Shown in pieces: positions 18,701 to 28,094 of a stretch of 64,000 nt of DNA. Source of the DNA: an uncultured Eubacteriales bacterium. GTDB lineage: Bacteria > Bacillota > Clostridia > Oscillospirales > CAG-272. Within the stretch, counting starts at the first letter, position 1, and each line of letters begins with the position of its first letter. The notes beneath the pieces were generated by a model that was not told the DNA's origin, did not search any database, and worked only from the letters and a program-made list of their open reading frames with translations. The translations under genes were made by a program, and so were the position numbers. The DNA lies in the NCBI GenBank assembly GCA_934447715.1, contig CAKSER010000006.1, forward strand, positions 14,394 to 78,393, in the 5' to 3' direction.

Positions 18701-20116
18701 ATGGGAATAAGCATCAACGGAAGAGAATTTTCTCTTCGTGAAATTGCAAAAATAACAGGCGGAGAGGTTATAGGCAATCCGGGTGTAATAATCCGGTCGG
18801 TATCGACCGATTCAAGGGAGACTATGCTCAACGATCTTTTTGTTGCCATCAAGGGAGAGCGTCTTGACGGTCACGCCTTTGTCGGAATGGCATTTGTAAA
18901 CGGCGCGAAGGCCGCTCTTGTCGACCGGGTCGGCGATCTTACCGAAAACAGGAATCTCGTTCTGGTAGACAACACAACTATCGCCTTCGGAAGGCTTGCA
19001 AAGGCTTTAAAGGACGAAATCAATCCTATAAGCGTCGCGGTCACCGGATCTGTAGGCAAAACAACAACAAAGCAGTTTATCTACTCTGTTTTAAGGTGCA
19101 AATACACAACCGAAAAAGGCGAAAAGAACTACAACAACGAGATCGGAACCCCTATCACGATGCTTTCTATGAAACAGGACTGCGAGGCGGCGGTTTTTGA
19201 GATGGGCATGAGCGCAAGGGGCGAGATCCGATATCTAACAAACCTTGTTCAGCCCGACATCGGAATAATTACAAACATCGGAACCTGCCACATCGAGCAT
19301 CTCGGCTCAAGAGAGGCAATCCGGGACGCAAAGCTCGAGATTGTCGAGGGTATAAAAAAGAACGGTATACTTATCTTAAACGGAGATGAGCCGCTTCTTG
19401 CAGGAATCGAACCGCAAAACGGGCTTCGGATCTTCTATGTTGCATCAAACAGCGAAAAGGCGGATTTCAGGATCACAAACGTGCGCCAGGGCGAAACGAA
19501 GACGGTTTTCGATATTATATATCCCGACGGAATTGCAAAGGACATTACAGCTCCGGCACTCGGAATACATATTGCACTCGATGCGGCGTTTGCCTTTGCT
19601 GTCGGATATCTTTTGAAAATACCGACAGAGGACATCAAAAAGGGCATTTCGGATTACACGCCGGTCGGGATGAGGCAGAATATTGTCTGTCACGACGGAA
19701 TAACCTTTATACATGACTACTACAATGCCGGTCCGGAATCGATGAAGGCATCCCTTTCGGTTCTGGTTCAGTATGCTAAGCTGAGCGGCGGACGATCGGT
19801 TGCGGTGCTCGGAGACATGAGAGAGCTCGGAGAGCTGTCGGTTCCGCTTCACAAGGAGGTCGGAAGGGCGGTAAAGGAGCTCGGAGTCGATATTCTTTTC
19901 ACCTTCGGACACGAGGCAAGTGCGATTGCAGACGGAGCGGAGGAAAGCGGAATGAGCGCAGGCGCGGTCTATCGCTTCACCGATCTTGACAACGTCTGTG
20001 CGTTCGGAAATGCAGTAGGAGCTGCAATCAAGTGCGGAGACGCCGTTCTGCTGAAGGCGAGCAGGGCAGTTGCTCTCGAAAGAGTTATAAAATATCTGAC
20101 CGGTAAGGAGAACTGA
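18701..20116 (+). CDS. murF: UDP-N-acetylmuramoyl-tripeptide--D-alanyl-D-alanine ligase
   Basis: VTGSVGKTTTKQF P-loop. The ATG at 18701 lies 8 nt after AAGGA; an in-frame ATG at 18692 is also possible. Confidence 0.9.
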   Translation: MGISINGREFSLREIAKITGGEVIGNPGVIIRSVSTDSRETMLNDLFVAIKGERLDGHAFVGMAFVNGAKAALVDRVGDLTENRNLVLVDNTTIAFGRLAKALKDEINPISVAVTGSVGKTTTKQFIYSVLRCKYTTEKGEKNYNNEIGTPITMLSMKQDCEAAVFEMGMSARGEIRYLTNLVQPDIGIITNIGTCHIEHLGSREAIRDAKLEIVEGIKKNGILILNGDEPLLAGIEPQNGLRIFYVASNSEKADFRITNVRQGETKTVFDIIYPDGIAKDITAPALGIHIALDAAFAFAVGYLLKIPTEDIKKGISDYTPVGMRQNIVCHDGITFIHDYYNAGPESMKASLSVLVQYAKLSGGRSVAVLGDMRELGELSVPLHKEVGRAVKELGVDILFTFGHEASAIADGAEESGMSAGAVYRFTDLDNVCAFGNAVGAAIKCGDAVLLKASRAVALERVIKYLTGKEN

Positions 20117-20118
20117 CT

Positions 20119-21111
20119 GTGAGCTATTATTTTACGGGGATTTTACTGCTATCGCTTGTTCTGACGGCGCTTTCGCTTCGTTTTCTGATTCCGGTTCTTA
20201 AAAGCAAGAAGATGGAACAGAAAATTCTCGACATCGGTCCGAGATGGCACATTTCAAAGGAAGGCACCCCCACGATGGGCGGTCTTTCCTTCTTCCTCAC
20301 AACTATCATAATTACCGTTCTGATCTCGTTTTACGTTTTAAAGTTTGAGCCTGACAGATTTCCGCTTTTAATTTGTACGGTTCTTCTCGGGCTTTTAAAC
20401 GGGCTTGTCGGAATAATCGATGACAAGGCAAAGCTGACAAAAAAGCAGAACGAAGGGCTCAAGGCATGGCAGAAATACTTCCTCCAGCTTGCAGTCTGTG
20501 CGCTGTATCTGCTTGCAATGACCAAATTCGGATATATAAGCACATCCTTTTACATCCCGTTTGCCGGCACAACCTTAGAGCTCGGTGCGGTATATTATTT
20601 CTTTGCGATCATCCTGATTACCGGAACCGTAAACTCGGTCAATCTCGGCGACGGAATCGACGGTCTTGCCGCATCCGAAGGAGCAATCATCGCAGCATTC
20701 TTTGCGGTCACCTCGTATATTGCAGGCAATGCCACCTCTTCGCTTATTTCCGGCATGCTGTTCGGAATCTGCATCGGATTTCTTATTTATAATTTCTATC
20801 CGGCAAAGGTGTTCATGGGCGACACGGGCTCTCTGTTTCTCGGGGGAATGATTGTCGGACTTGCATATTCTGTCGGAAATCCGCTTATAGTTATTATTGT
20901 CGGATTTATGTATATGCTCGAAAGCATATCGGTCATTTTGCAGGTCGGCTATTTCAGAATCACACACGGAAAACGGCTTTTCAAAATTGCGCCGATTCAC
21001 CATCACTTTGAAAAGTGCGGCTGGTCGGAGAAGAAGATCGTTTCGGTATTCAGCCTTATAACACTTATATTATGCGTTATCTCTGCCGTCCTTGAAACGG
21101 CGGTCAGGTAA
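20119..21111 (+). CDS. mraY: phospho-N-acetylmuramoyl-pentapeptide transferase
   Basis: Motifs PTMGG, GIIDD, NLGDGIDGLA, FMGDTGSL and PIHHHFE. GTG start. Confidence 0.95.
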   Translation: MSYYFTGILLLSLVLTALSLRFLIPVLKSKKMEQKILDIGPRWHISKEGTPTMGGLSFFLTTIIITVLISFYVLKFEPDRFPLLICTVLLGLLNGLVGIIDDKAKLTKKQNEGLKAWQKYFLQLAVCALYLLAMTKFGYISTSFYIPFAGTTLELGAVYYFFAIILITGTVNSVNLGDGIDGLAASEGAIIAAFFAVTSYIAGNATSSLISGMLFGICIGFLIYNFYPAKVFMGDTGSLFLGGMIVGLAYSVGNPLIVIIVGFMYMLESISVILQVGYFRITHGKRLFKIAPIHHHFEKCGWSEKKIVSVFSLITLILCVISAVLETAVR

Positions 21112-21129
21112 CTAAGTAAGGGACACAAC

Positions 21130-22389
21130 ATGGAAAACGGCAGAAACACAACCGAATATCGGCAGAATATCGGCGCAGATGAAGCGATAGGGCGCAGGCG
21201 CGTCACGCCTCATCAGAAGAAAAAGCCGACAAGGAAGGCGTCCGACTTTATCAAGCCGACCGACATCGTCAGAATCAAAAGCGGCATCGACCGCCCGTTC
21301 CTTGTGCTTGTCATTATAATTGTCTGCTTCGGCGCAATTATGGTTTTTTCCGCAAGCTATCCGTCTGCTTTAAGATACAAGAACGACAGCTATTATTATA
21401 TCAAGCGCCACCTTATTTACATTGCCATCGGATTTGTCGGAATGGCAATCGCAGCGCGCTTCGATTACAGATGGCTAAGGAAAATAACAATCCCGGTTTT
21501 TGTCGGAACAATTGCCCTGCTTGTAATCGTGCTTGCGTACGGAGTTGCAAGCGGAAAGGCGCAGAGATGGATTCAGATCGGCTCGTTCACAATCCAGCCA
21601 TCCGAGATTATGAAGTTTTCGCTTGTAATTCTCCTTGCGCTGTATGTTGAGCGGAACCAGAACCGAATCACCAACTACAAAAACTTCAAACAATCCTCGG
21701 CATACGGATTTTTCTATCCGTTTTTCATGATTTCGATAGTTTCGCTGCTTGTCGCCCTTGAGGGACACTTTTCCGGAACAATCATCATCTTCCTTATCGG
21801 AATGGTTGTTATTTTTGCAGCCGGAGCAAGGAAAATCTGGTTTGCGATCGGCGGAGGAAGCGCGGCGGTTGTAATTCTTGTCGCGATTCTGACAGTTGAC
21901 TATGCAAAGGAAAGAATCGACCTTTGGCTCCATCCGGAAAACTACCCGATCACAGGTAAGATATGGCAGACAATGCAGGGCCTTTATGCGGTCGGCTCCG
22001 GCGGACTTCTCGGAGTCGGGCTCGGAAACAGCCGCCAGAAGCACCTTTATGTATCCGCTCCGCAGAACGACTTCATCTTTTCGATCATCTGCGAGGAGCT
22101 CGGCTTAATCGGCGCAGTGCTTGTAATTCTGCTCTTTGCCCTGCTCGTCTGGAGAGGCTTCGTTATCGCCCTCAAGGCGCCTGACACCTACTCCTCACTC
22201 GTTGTAATCGGAATAATCAGCCAGGTTGCAATCCAGTCTATTCTCAACATCGCGGTCGTAACCAATCTGATCCCGAACACCGGTATCAGCCTGCCGTTCT
22301 TCAGCTACGGAGGCTCGTCGATTATCATGCTGCTCGGCGAAATGGGAATAGTCCTGTCGATTTCGCGATATTCATATCAACAGAAATAG
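21130..22389 (+). CDS. ftsW: SEDS-family peptidoglycan glycosyltransferase FtsW/SpoVE
   Basis: Motifs IQPSEIMKF, PNTGISLPFFSYGGSS and multiple TMs. Confidence 0.9.
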   Translation: MENGRNTTEYRQNIGADEAIGRRRVTPHQKKKPTRKASDFIKPTDIVRIKSGIDRPFLVLVIIIVCFGAIMVFSASYPSALRYKNDSYYYIKRHLIYIAIGFVGMAIAARFDYRWLRKITIPVFVGTIALLVIVLAYGVASGKAQRWIQIGSFTIQPSEIMKFSLVILLALYVERNQNRITNYKNFKQSSAYGFFYPFFMISIVSLLVALEGHFSGTIIIFLIGMVVIFAAGARKIWFAIGGGSAAVVILVAILTVDYAKERIDLWLHPENYPITGKIWQTMQGLYAVGSGGLLGVGLGNSRQKHLYVSAPQNDFIFSIICEELGLIGAVLVILLFALLVWRGFVIALKAPDTYSSLVVIGIISQVAIQSILNIAVVTNLIPNTGISLPFFSYGGSSIIMLLGEMGIVLSISRYSYQQK

Positions 22390-22461
22390 CAGCAGACCAA
22401 AGGCTTTTGATGCGGCACAGGCTCAAACATAACAAAGCCTAAAAACCCGGATAACCTCGGT

Positions 22462-22743
22462 TTAGGCTGAGGATATCCGAACTTTTGTCGGTTTTCGCGC
22501 TCGGATTTCCGCCCTAACTTCCACAAAAGCCTTGCAAATACGTACAGTATTCACTGCGGCTTTCCTGTCGTTATGACAAAAATCCGCGCGTGAAAACTGC
22601 CTGCACTTGCCACAGAGAGATTTTCGAGGAATTTTTTCTCTTTTAGGTGCAGGCTGGGCTTTCGCCCTGCCAAGCCGAAAAGAGGGAAAATAACCGTAAA
22701 TTGCCTGTGGCAAGCGATAAAAGTTCGAATGTCCTCAGCCTAA
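22462..22743. mobile_element. MITE-like non-coding element with ~31-bp imperfect terminal inverted repeats
   Basis: The left end is TTAGGCTGAGGATATCCGAACTTTTGTCGGT. The reverse complement of the right end is TTAGGCTGAGGACATTCGAACTTTTATCGCT, giving 27/31 identical positions. There is no credible ORF inside. Confidence 0.55.
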
Positions 22744-22891
22744 GAGAGAAAAGAACCTCCTTTGTCCTTTTCTCTCTTTTGTGCGCTTTTGCGCATTTTC
22801 GATCTGATTCGTAATATCTTAAAAACAGGCAGCAAACACAAATTACGCTCCGGCAGATGCTTTGCCGGATTGATTTAAAAAGGGGAAAGCC

Positions 22892-24007
22892 ATGAGAGTA
22901 TTAATGACCGGAGGCGGAACCGGCGGACATGTAAATCCGGCTCTGTCTATTGCCAAAACCATTCTTGAAAAGGAGCCGGATTCCGAAATCGCGTTTGTCG
23001 GAAAGCCGAACGGAATCGAAAGCAGGCTCGTTCCGCGCGAGGGCTTTAAGCTTTACTTTATCGACATTCAGGGTCTTAAAAGATCTCTGTCGCTTTCAAA
23101 TCTGAAAACGCTTTGGCTTACCGTCACCTCGGTTCAAAAGGCAAAGAAGATTATAAAGGAATTCAAGCCCGACTGCTGCATCGGCACAGGCGGCTATGTA
23201 TGCTGGCCGACAGTCAAGGCAGCAGCAGAGCTCGGCATACCGACCTTCCTGCACGAATCAAACGCGCTTCCCGGAGTTGCTGTAAAGATGCTTGCCCGTT
23301 CGGTCGATGTTGTTTTTACCAATTTTGAGGAAACAGCATCCGACATTCACGGCGCAAAGGAGATAATCCGGGTAGGAAATCCCCTAAGAGCAGGATTTGG
23401 AGTCATCTCGCACGAGGAAGCAAGAAAGAAGCTCGGCTTTGAAGGGAAATACAGATATTCTCTGCTCTCCTGCGGAGGAAGCCTCGGGGCAAGAGCAATT
23501 AACGACGAAGTTTTAAATGTAATGAGAGATTACACCTCAAAGCATCCCGAAATCAACCACATTCACTCGGCAGGCTCAGGAAACTACGAGCAGCTGAAGG
23601 CAAAATTTGTCGAAATGGGTCTTGACAAATACCCGAACCTTGAGCTTGTCGATTATATCTATGACATGCCCCTTCGTGTTGCCGCCGCAGATCTTGTCAT
23701 CAACCGCGCGGGAGCAATGCTGATTTCCGAGCTTGCCATGATGGGCAAGCCTGCGATTCTGATTCCGTCTCCGAATGTCACCGACAATCACCAGTACAAA
23801 AATGCAAAGGTGCTTGCCGATGCCGACGCAGCGGTGATGATCGAGGAGTCCGAGCTCGGAAGTGTTTCTCTTTCTCAAACGGTAGAAAGCCTTCTGTCCG
23901 ACCGTCAGAAGCGCGCTTCAATGAGTGAAAACTTTAAAAAATTTGCCATTCCCGACAGTAATCTCATAATATACAACGAGATAAAAAAGCGTTGCAATAC
24001 AAAATAA
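22892..24007 (+). CDS. murG: undecaprenyldiphospho-muramoylpentapeptide beta-N-acetylglucosaminyltransferase
   Basis: Motif MTGGGTGGHVNPAL and a C-terminal GT28 domain (RAGAMLISELAMMGKPAILIP). Confidence 0.95.
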   Translation: MRVLMTGGGTGGHVNPALSIAKTILEKEPDSEIAFVGKPNGIESRLVPREGFKLYFIDIQGLKRSLSLSNLKTLWLTVTSVQKAKKIIKEFKPDCCIGTGGYVCWPTVKAAAELGIPTFLHESNALPGVAVKMLARSVDVVFTNFEETASDIHGAKEIIRVGNPLRAGFGVISHEEARKKLGFEGKYRYSLLSCGGSLGARAINDEVLNVMRDYTSKHPEINHIHSAGSGNYEQLKAKFVEMGLDKYPNLELVDYIYDMPLRVAAADLVINRAGAMLISELAMMGKPAILIPSPNVTDNHQYKNAKVLADADAAVMIEESELGSVSLSQTVESLLSDRQKRASMSENFKKFAIPDSNLIIYNEIKKRCNTK

Positions 24008-24072
24008 AATATGATATACTAGATGTGGTATACAGTTTACTCAGGAACGAAATACAGTCTGCCGCATCCTAT

Positions 24073-24097
24073 AAGTTCAATGCCTTGCATTGAACTT
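24073..24097. repeat. perfect 11-bp stem hairpin AAGTTCAATGC-ctt-GCATTGAACTT
   Basis: Read directly from the sequence. It has the same GC-YTT-GC apex as the hairpins at 26685, 26815 and 41170. Confidence 0.7.
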
Positions 24098-24204
24098 GGC
24101 CAAAGTAAGATACATGTTTTTGTACTGTGAATGCGGTATAACATTAAGCCAAAACCGAAATACACTTCAAGGGGCAGCTTAACCTGCTCCGGAAGAAGGG
24201 TCAT

Positions 24205-25086
24205 ATGTCAAACGAAACGGTCACCTACTCTTTAAATGACAATGACATATATTCAAACGCGGAGATCATCAACAAGGATTCCTTTGCGCGCCTTAAATAC
24301 AAAAGCAGGCAGAGAGATCTGAGAAGAAAGAATTTTTACGTTCTCACCGCGCTTTTTATCTGCGCCGTTTTTCTTTTGGCATGTGTCCTGCTCTTTTTCA
24401 AGGTTCAAAGCATCGCAATTGAGGGCTCATCGATCTACGACGAATCGACAATCCTCGACTGCTGCGGTATAAATCTTGGCACAAACCTTTATCTTGTAAA
24501 GGAATCTGACGTAAACGAGGCTCTCTGCTCCAAGCTTCCGTACATAAAATCGGTCAAAATCAAACGGACGATTCCCTCCACAATCACGCTTATAATAGAG
24601 GAGGACACGCCGTTTTACTACACCGAGCTGCTTGGGCAGTATTTTGTTCTTTCTAACGAGCTTCGCGTAATCGCCGCGGTTGATTCCGAGATGGCTGCCA
24701 TCGGATACGGATCGGATCTGATAAAGATTTCTCTTCCCGACATTTCATCGCTTATTGTCGGCAGAAATGTCGAATTTCTCAAAACCTCAGACTATGAATA
24801 CATAACCGAATTTCTTTTTGAGCTCTGCAAGGAAAACACCTTCAACAAGCTCAACTGCATCGATATTTCAAACAAATATCACATCTCGGTTATCGTAAAC
24901 GACGGGAAATATAAGATTCTGCTCGGAAACAGCACCGATATTGTTTTAAAGCTGAATTTTGTGCGCACCATAATCGAAAACGGGTCGTTAAAGGAGTCAT
25001 TAAAGGACAAAAAATATGCGCAGATCAATGTCGAATACGGCGATTCGATCATCGTAAGTGCCTCGAATGACCCTTTTGAATATTAA
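24205..25086 (+). CDS. ftsQ: cell division protein FtsQ/DivIB (POTRA)
   Basis: A single TM is followed by a POTRA-like segment (VQSIAIEGSSIYDESTILDCCGINLGTNLYLV). Its position between murG and ftsZ supports the call. Confidence 0.75.
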   Translation: MSNETVTYSLNDNDIYSNAEIINKDSFARLKYKSRQRDLRRKNFYVLTALFICAVFLLACVLLFFKVQSIAIEGSSIYDESTILDCCGINLGTNLYLVKESDVNEALCSKLPYIKSVKIKRTIPSTITLIIEEDTPFYYTELLGQYFVLSNELRVIAAVDSEMAAIGYGSDLIKISLPDISSLIVGRNVEFLKTSDYEYITEFLFELCKENTFNKLNCIDISNKYHISVIVNDGKYKILLGNSTDIVLKLNFVRTIIENGSLKESLKDKKYAQINVEYGDSIIVSASNDPFEY

Positions 25087-25211
25087 TTTTTCTTTAATTT
25101 TTTCTGATTTTTTTTAAAAAATACCATTGTTATTTTTGAATGTCTTTTTCGGCTTTTTTGTCATTTTCGGTCGAAAATATTGTAAAAATATAATGAATTT
25201 CGAAAAAGCCC

Positions 25212-25240
25212 TTGCATAATATAATAAATGAGTATATAAT
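25212..25240 (+). promoter_or_regulatory. sigmaA-type promoter of ftsZ
   Basis: TTGCAT (25212-25217), 17-nt spacer, TATAAT (25235-25240). Confidence 0.55.
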
Positions 25241-25310
25241 CATTATGTATATTTGATTTTTCGCATAACTATTACATAGAAGGTCTAAAATTCGTCAGGA
25301 GGGTGTAAAA

Positions 25311-26501
25311 ATGTCTGCATTTGAAATGGAACAGGACTATGACAGCGGTGTTAGTATTAAAGTAGTAGGAGTCGGTGGAGGCGGATCGAACGCCGTTAAC
25401 CGTATGATAGAGGAGAACGTCGGCGGTGTTGAATTTATTGTCATTAACACGGACAAGCAGGCGCTGTCGCTGTCAACAGCTCCTCATAAGATTGCAATCG
25501 GAAACAAAGAAACAAGCGGCCACGGCGCAGGTGCAAACCCTGAAATCGGAGCAAGAGCTGCCGAGGAAAACGCTGAGGAGATCACAAATGCGCTGAAGGG
25601 CGCCGACATGGTCTTTATTGCAACAGGTATGGGAGGCGGAACAGGAACAGGCGCCGCTCCGACAGTTGCAAAAATTGCAAAGGATATGGGAATACTTACA
25701 ATCGGTATTGTAACAAAGCCCTTTGGGTTTGAAGGAAGAAGACGCATGGAGGTTGCCGAAAAGGGCATTGTTCACCTCCGCGAGTGCGTTGACTCGCTTA
25801 TCATCATCCCGAACGAGAGACTCAAGCAGATCTCTGAAACAAGAATTACTCTTGCAAACGCCTTCAAGGAAGCAGACAATGTTCTCCGACGCGGAGTACA
25901 GAGCATTTCCGAGCTTATCAACGTTCCGGGAATCATAAACCTCGACTTTGCAGACGTTACCGCAATCATGAAGAACGCAGGCTCCGCTCACATGGGCGTC
26001 GGCTACGCGGAAGGCAAGGACAAGGCATCCGAGGCTGCAAAGCTTGCAATCTCCAGCCCCCTGCTTGAAACATCGATCGCAGGAGCAAGAGGAATTCTTA
26101 TCAACATTACCGCTTCTCCGGACATCGGACTCGAGGAGATCGATATCGCTTCCTCAATGATCGCCGACGAGGCTCATCCGGATGCACAGATCATCTGGGG
26201 TGCTGCATTCGACAGCACAATGCAGGATGCAATGAGCATTACGGTTGTCGCAACCGGCTTCGATACAGACGCAAGGTCTGCAGAGGAGGCTCCCGAAAAC
26301 GAAAAGGGAGAGGATGCAAAGAACGGCGACGGCAAGACCCCGGCAAAGAAGATTTCAAGAGCGCTCAGAACCCCCGGCAAGGCAGCAAGCGAGGATGAGG
26401 GCGAAGCAGACAATGCATCGGATGACGACGCAGACGAGCTTGTTTCAAACAAGGACTTCGACGAGATCATGTCGATCTTAAACAAGAGAAACAAAAACTG
26501 A
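25311..26501 (+). CDS. ftsZ: cell division protein FtsZ
   Basis: Motifs [13 protein letters not shown] and [12 protein letters not shown] (tubulin signature). An acidic linker and the C-terminal peptide DFDEIMSIL are present. Confidence 0.97.
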   Translation: MSAFEMEQDYDSGVSIKVVGVGGGGSNAVNRMIEENVGGVEFIVINTDKQALSLSTAPHKIAIGNKETSGHGAGANPEIGARAAEENAEEITNALKGADMVFIATGMGGGTGTGAAPTVAKIAKDMGILTIGIVTKPFGFEGRRRMEVAEKGIVHLRECVDSLIIIPNERLKQISETRITLANAFKEADNVLRRGVQSISELINVPGIINLDFADVTAIMKNAGSAHMGVGYAEGKDKASEAAKLAISSPLLETSIAGARGILINITASPDIGLEEIDIASSMIADEAHPDAQIIWGAAFDSTMQDAMSITVVATGFDTDARSAEEAPENEKGEDAKNGDGKTPAKKISRALRTPGKAASEDEGEADNASDDDADELVSNKDFDEIMSILNKRNKN

Positions 26502-26511
26502 TTAAAAGCAA

Positions 26512-26552
26512 TCTCCTTATACACAGGATATTTTTGCCCGTGTATAAGGAGA
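26512..26552 (+). terminator. ftsZ terminator hairpin
   Basis: 13-bp stem TCTCCTTATACAC / GTGTATAAGGAGA with a 15-nt loop. The T-tract after it is weak. Confidence 0.5.
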
Positions 26553-26561
26553 CTTTGTTGT

Positions 26562-26965
26562 TATAGCACAAAAGCAGCGTGTAAACGCCGAGGCGGTACA
26601 ACCGCCCAAAATTCCAACGGAATTTTGCTTTTGTTGCTGCAATATCCACGTCCGTGCGCAGCACGGAAAGGCATAGCCTTAAAAACTTGCTTTGCAAGTT
26701 TTTGTGTGAATATTATAACACAAAAGCGGCGCGAAAGCGCCTAAACGGCGAAAAAGCCGCTTTTGTTGCTGCAATATCCGCAGCCGTGCGGAGCACGGGT
26801 GGACGCCAGCCTAAAATGCTTGCCTTGCAAGCATTTTGCGGACATTTTAGCACAAAAGCGGCGCGCATGCGCCGGAAACGGCGAAGCCGTTTGATATTTC
26901 AACATTCCCGGCTGCGCATAGCGCGGGATGCGCCCGAAGCCCTGCAATGCAAGCCATATTGACGC
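26562..26965 (+). repeat. three tandem copies of a ~120-150-bp composite palindromic element
   Basis: Units start at 26562 (TATAGCACAAAAGC), 26714 (TATAACACAAAAGC) and 26846 (TTTAGCACAAAAGC). Each carries hairpin A (ACAAAAGC...GCTTTTGT), hairpin B (CCGTGC-nnn-GCACGG) and hairpin C (AAAAnnTTGC-YTT-GCAAnnTTTT). Confidence 0.8.
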
Positions 26966-27037
26966 TAATAACCGGCATTCCCCTGCCGGTTATTGTTTAC
27001 CGGGCGATTTCAGGCATTCCGATCAAAGGAGAATTTT

Positions 27038-27904
27038 ATGAAAATTGCAATCAGCTCATATAGCTTTGCCATGGCTGTTTACCGCGGAGAAATGACAAAC
27101 GACGACATAATCTCAAAAGCATCAGAGCTCGGCTTTGACGGAATCGAATTTGCCGGAATCAGCACACCCACCGGCATGGCGGCAGCCGATTATGCAAAAC
27201 AGCTTTCAGAAAGATCCGCCGAGAGCGGAATCGAAATCGTCTGCTACAGCACAAGCGCCGATTTTGTCAAAAATCCGGTCGAGGACGAGGTTAAACGGCT
27301 TAAGGAGCATGTCGATATTGCGGCAGCTCTCGGAGCCGGGCTTATGAGGCATGACGTTTATTACGGGCAGGCAGCCGACAAATACGGCGAAAAGAGCTTT
27401 TTATCTGTTCTGCCGAGACTGGTCTGCGGTGCAAAGAGCGTGACCGAATATGCCGAAGGGCTCGGAATTAAAACAACGGTGGAAAATCACGGTTTTTACT
27501 GCCAGGACAGCGAAAGAGTCGAGGCGCTCGTTGACCGGGTCGGACACAAGAACTACGGCGCGCTCATCGACCTCGGGAACTTCCTCTGCGTTGACGAGGA
27601 TCCGGCAAAAGCCGTCGGCAGGCTCAAGGATTATGCATTTTATGTCCATGTAAAGGATTTTTTCTTCCGCGACGGATCGATGCCGGCTCCGTGCAGCGAG
27701 GGATGGATTTGTACAAGAGGCGGAAATTACATCAAAGGGGCTGCAATCGGCGACGGAATCGTACCGATCGAGAAGTGCCTTAAAATACTCAAAAAATCCG
27801 GATATGATGGATGGCTCACGATCGAATATGAGGGAAGAGAGGATGTTTTTTCCTCAATCAAGGCAGGAAAAAAGCATCTTGAAGAGCTGCTCGGGCGCAT
27901 TTAA
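27038..27904 (+). CDS. sugar phosphate isomerase/epimerase (xylose-isomerase-like TIM barrel)
   Basis: MKIAISSYSF..., GFDGIEF, VENHGFY and WLTIEYEG are typical AP_endonuc_2-fold motifs. I chose the ATG at 27038, after AAAGGAG. Confidence 0.75.
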   Translation: MKIAISSYSFAMAVYRGEMTNDDIISKASELGFDGIEFAGISTPTGMAAADYAKQLSERSAESGIEIVCYSTSADFVKNPVEDEVKRLKEHVDIAAALGAGLMRHDVYYGQAADKYGEKSFLSVLPRLVCGAKSVTEYAEGLGIKTTVENHGFYCQDSERVEALVDRVGHKNYGALIDLGNFLCVDEDPAKAVGRLKDYAFYVHVKDFFFRDGSMPAPCSEGWICTRGGNYIKGAAIGDGIVPIEKCLKILKKSGYDGWLTIEYEGREDVFSSIKAGKKHLEELLGRI

Positions 27905-27989
27905 TAATGCTTTTCGACAAACAAACAATTGATAACAATTTTTTTATTGTCTTTTTTGTCGAAAGTTGCATTATACGGATATTCATATA

Positions 27990-28018
27990 TTGATATATGT
28001 AAAAAAATATGCTATACT
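27990..28018 (+). promoter_or_regulatory. sigmaA-type promoter of the prs-like gene
   Basis: TTGATA (27990-27995), 17-nt spacer, TATACT (28013-28018). Confidence 0.5.
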
Positions 28019-28094
28019 ATGATATGTTATATGTATCTGTATTATTGGACTGAAAACTTAATAAAACTCGCATAAAGAACAGGAGAAAATTGAC

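Noticed and set aside
22462-22713. 83-aa minus-strand ORF inside the MITE-like element.
   Set aside because: - It is an Arg/Lys-rich, non-protein-like translation with no RBS.
- It starts exactly in the terminal inverted repeat, so it is most likely an artefact.
22462-22743. Could the 282-nt element be a known long-hairpin ncRNA (6S RNA, Bacillus-type SRP RNA, RNase P, tmRNA)?
   Set aside because: - I found no SRP domain IV motif (GGAA tetraloop / AGCAGCC context).
- I found no RNase P GAGGAAAGUCC core and no tmRNA ends.
- The length is also atypical for 6S RNA.
- This was not tested with covariance models, so the rejection is provisional.
26562-26965. Possible CRISPR array. Repeated GTTGCTGCAATATCC..CCGTGC..GCACGG segments look superficially like type I repeats.
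   Set aside because: - There are only three units, with a period of about 120-150 bp.
- The inter-repeat 'spacers' are homologous to each other and themselves palindromic.
- There are no cas genes.
- The pattern fits a REP/BIME-like composite repeat better.
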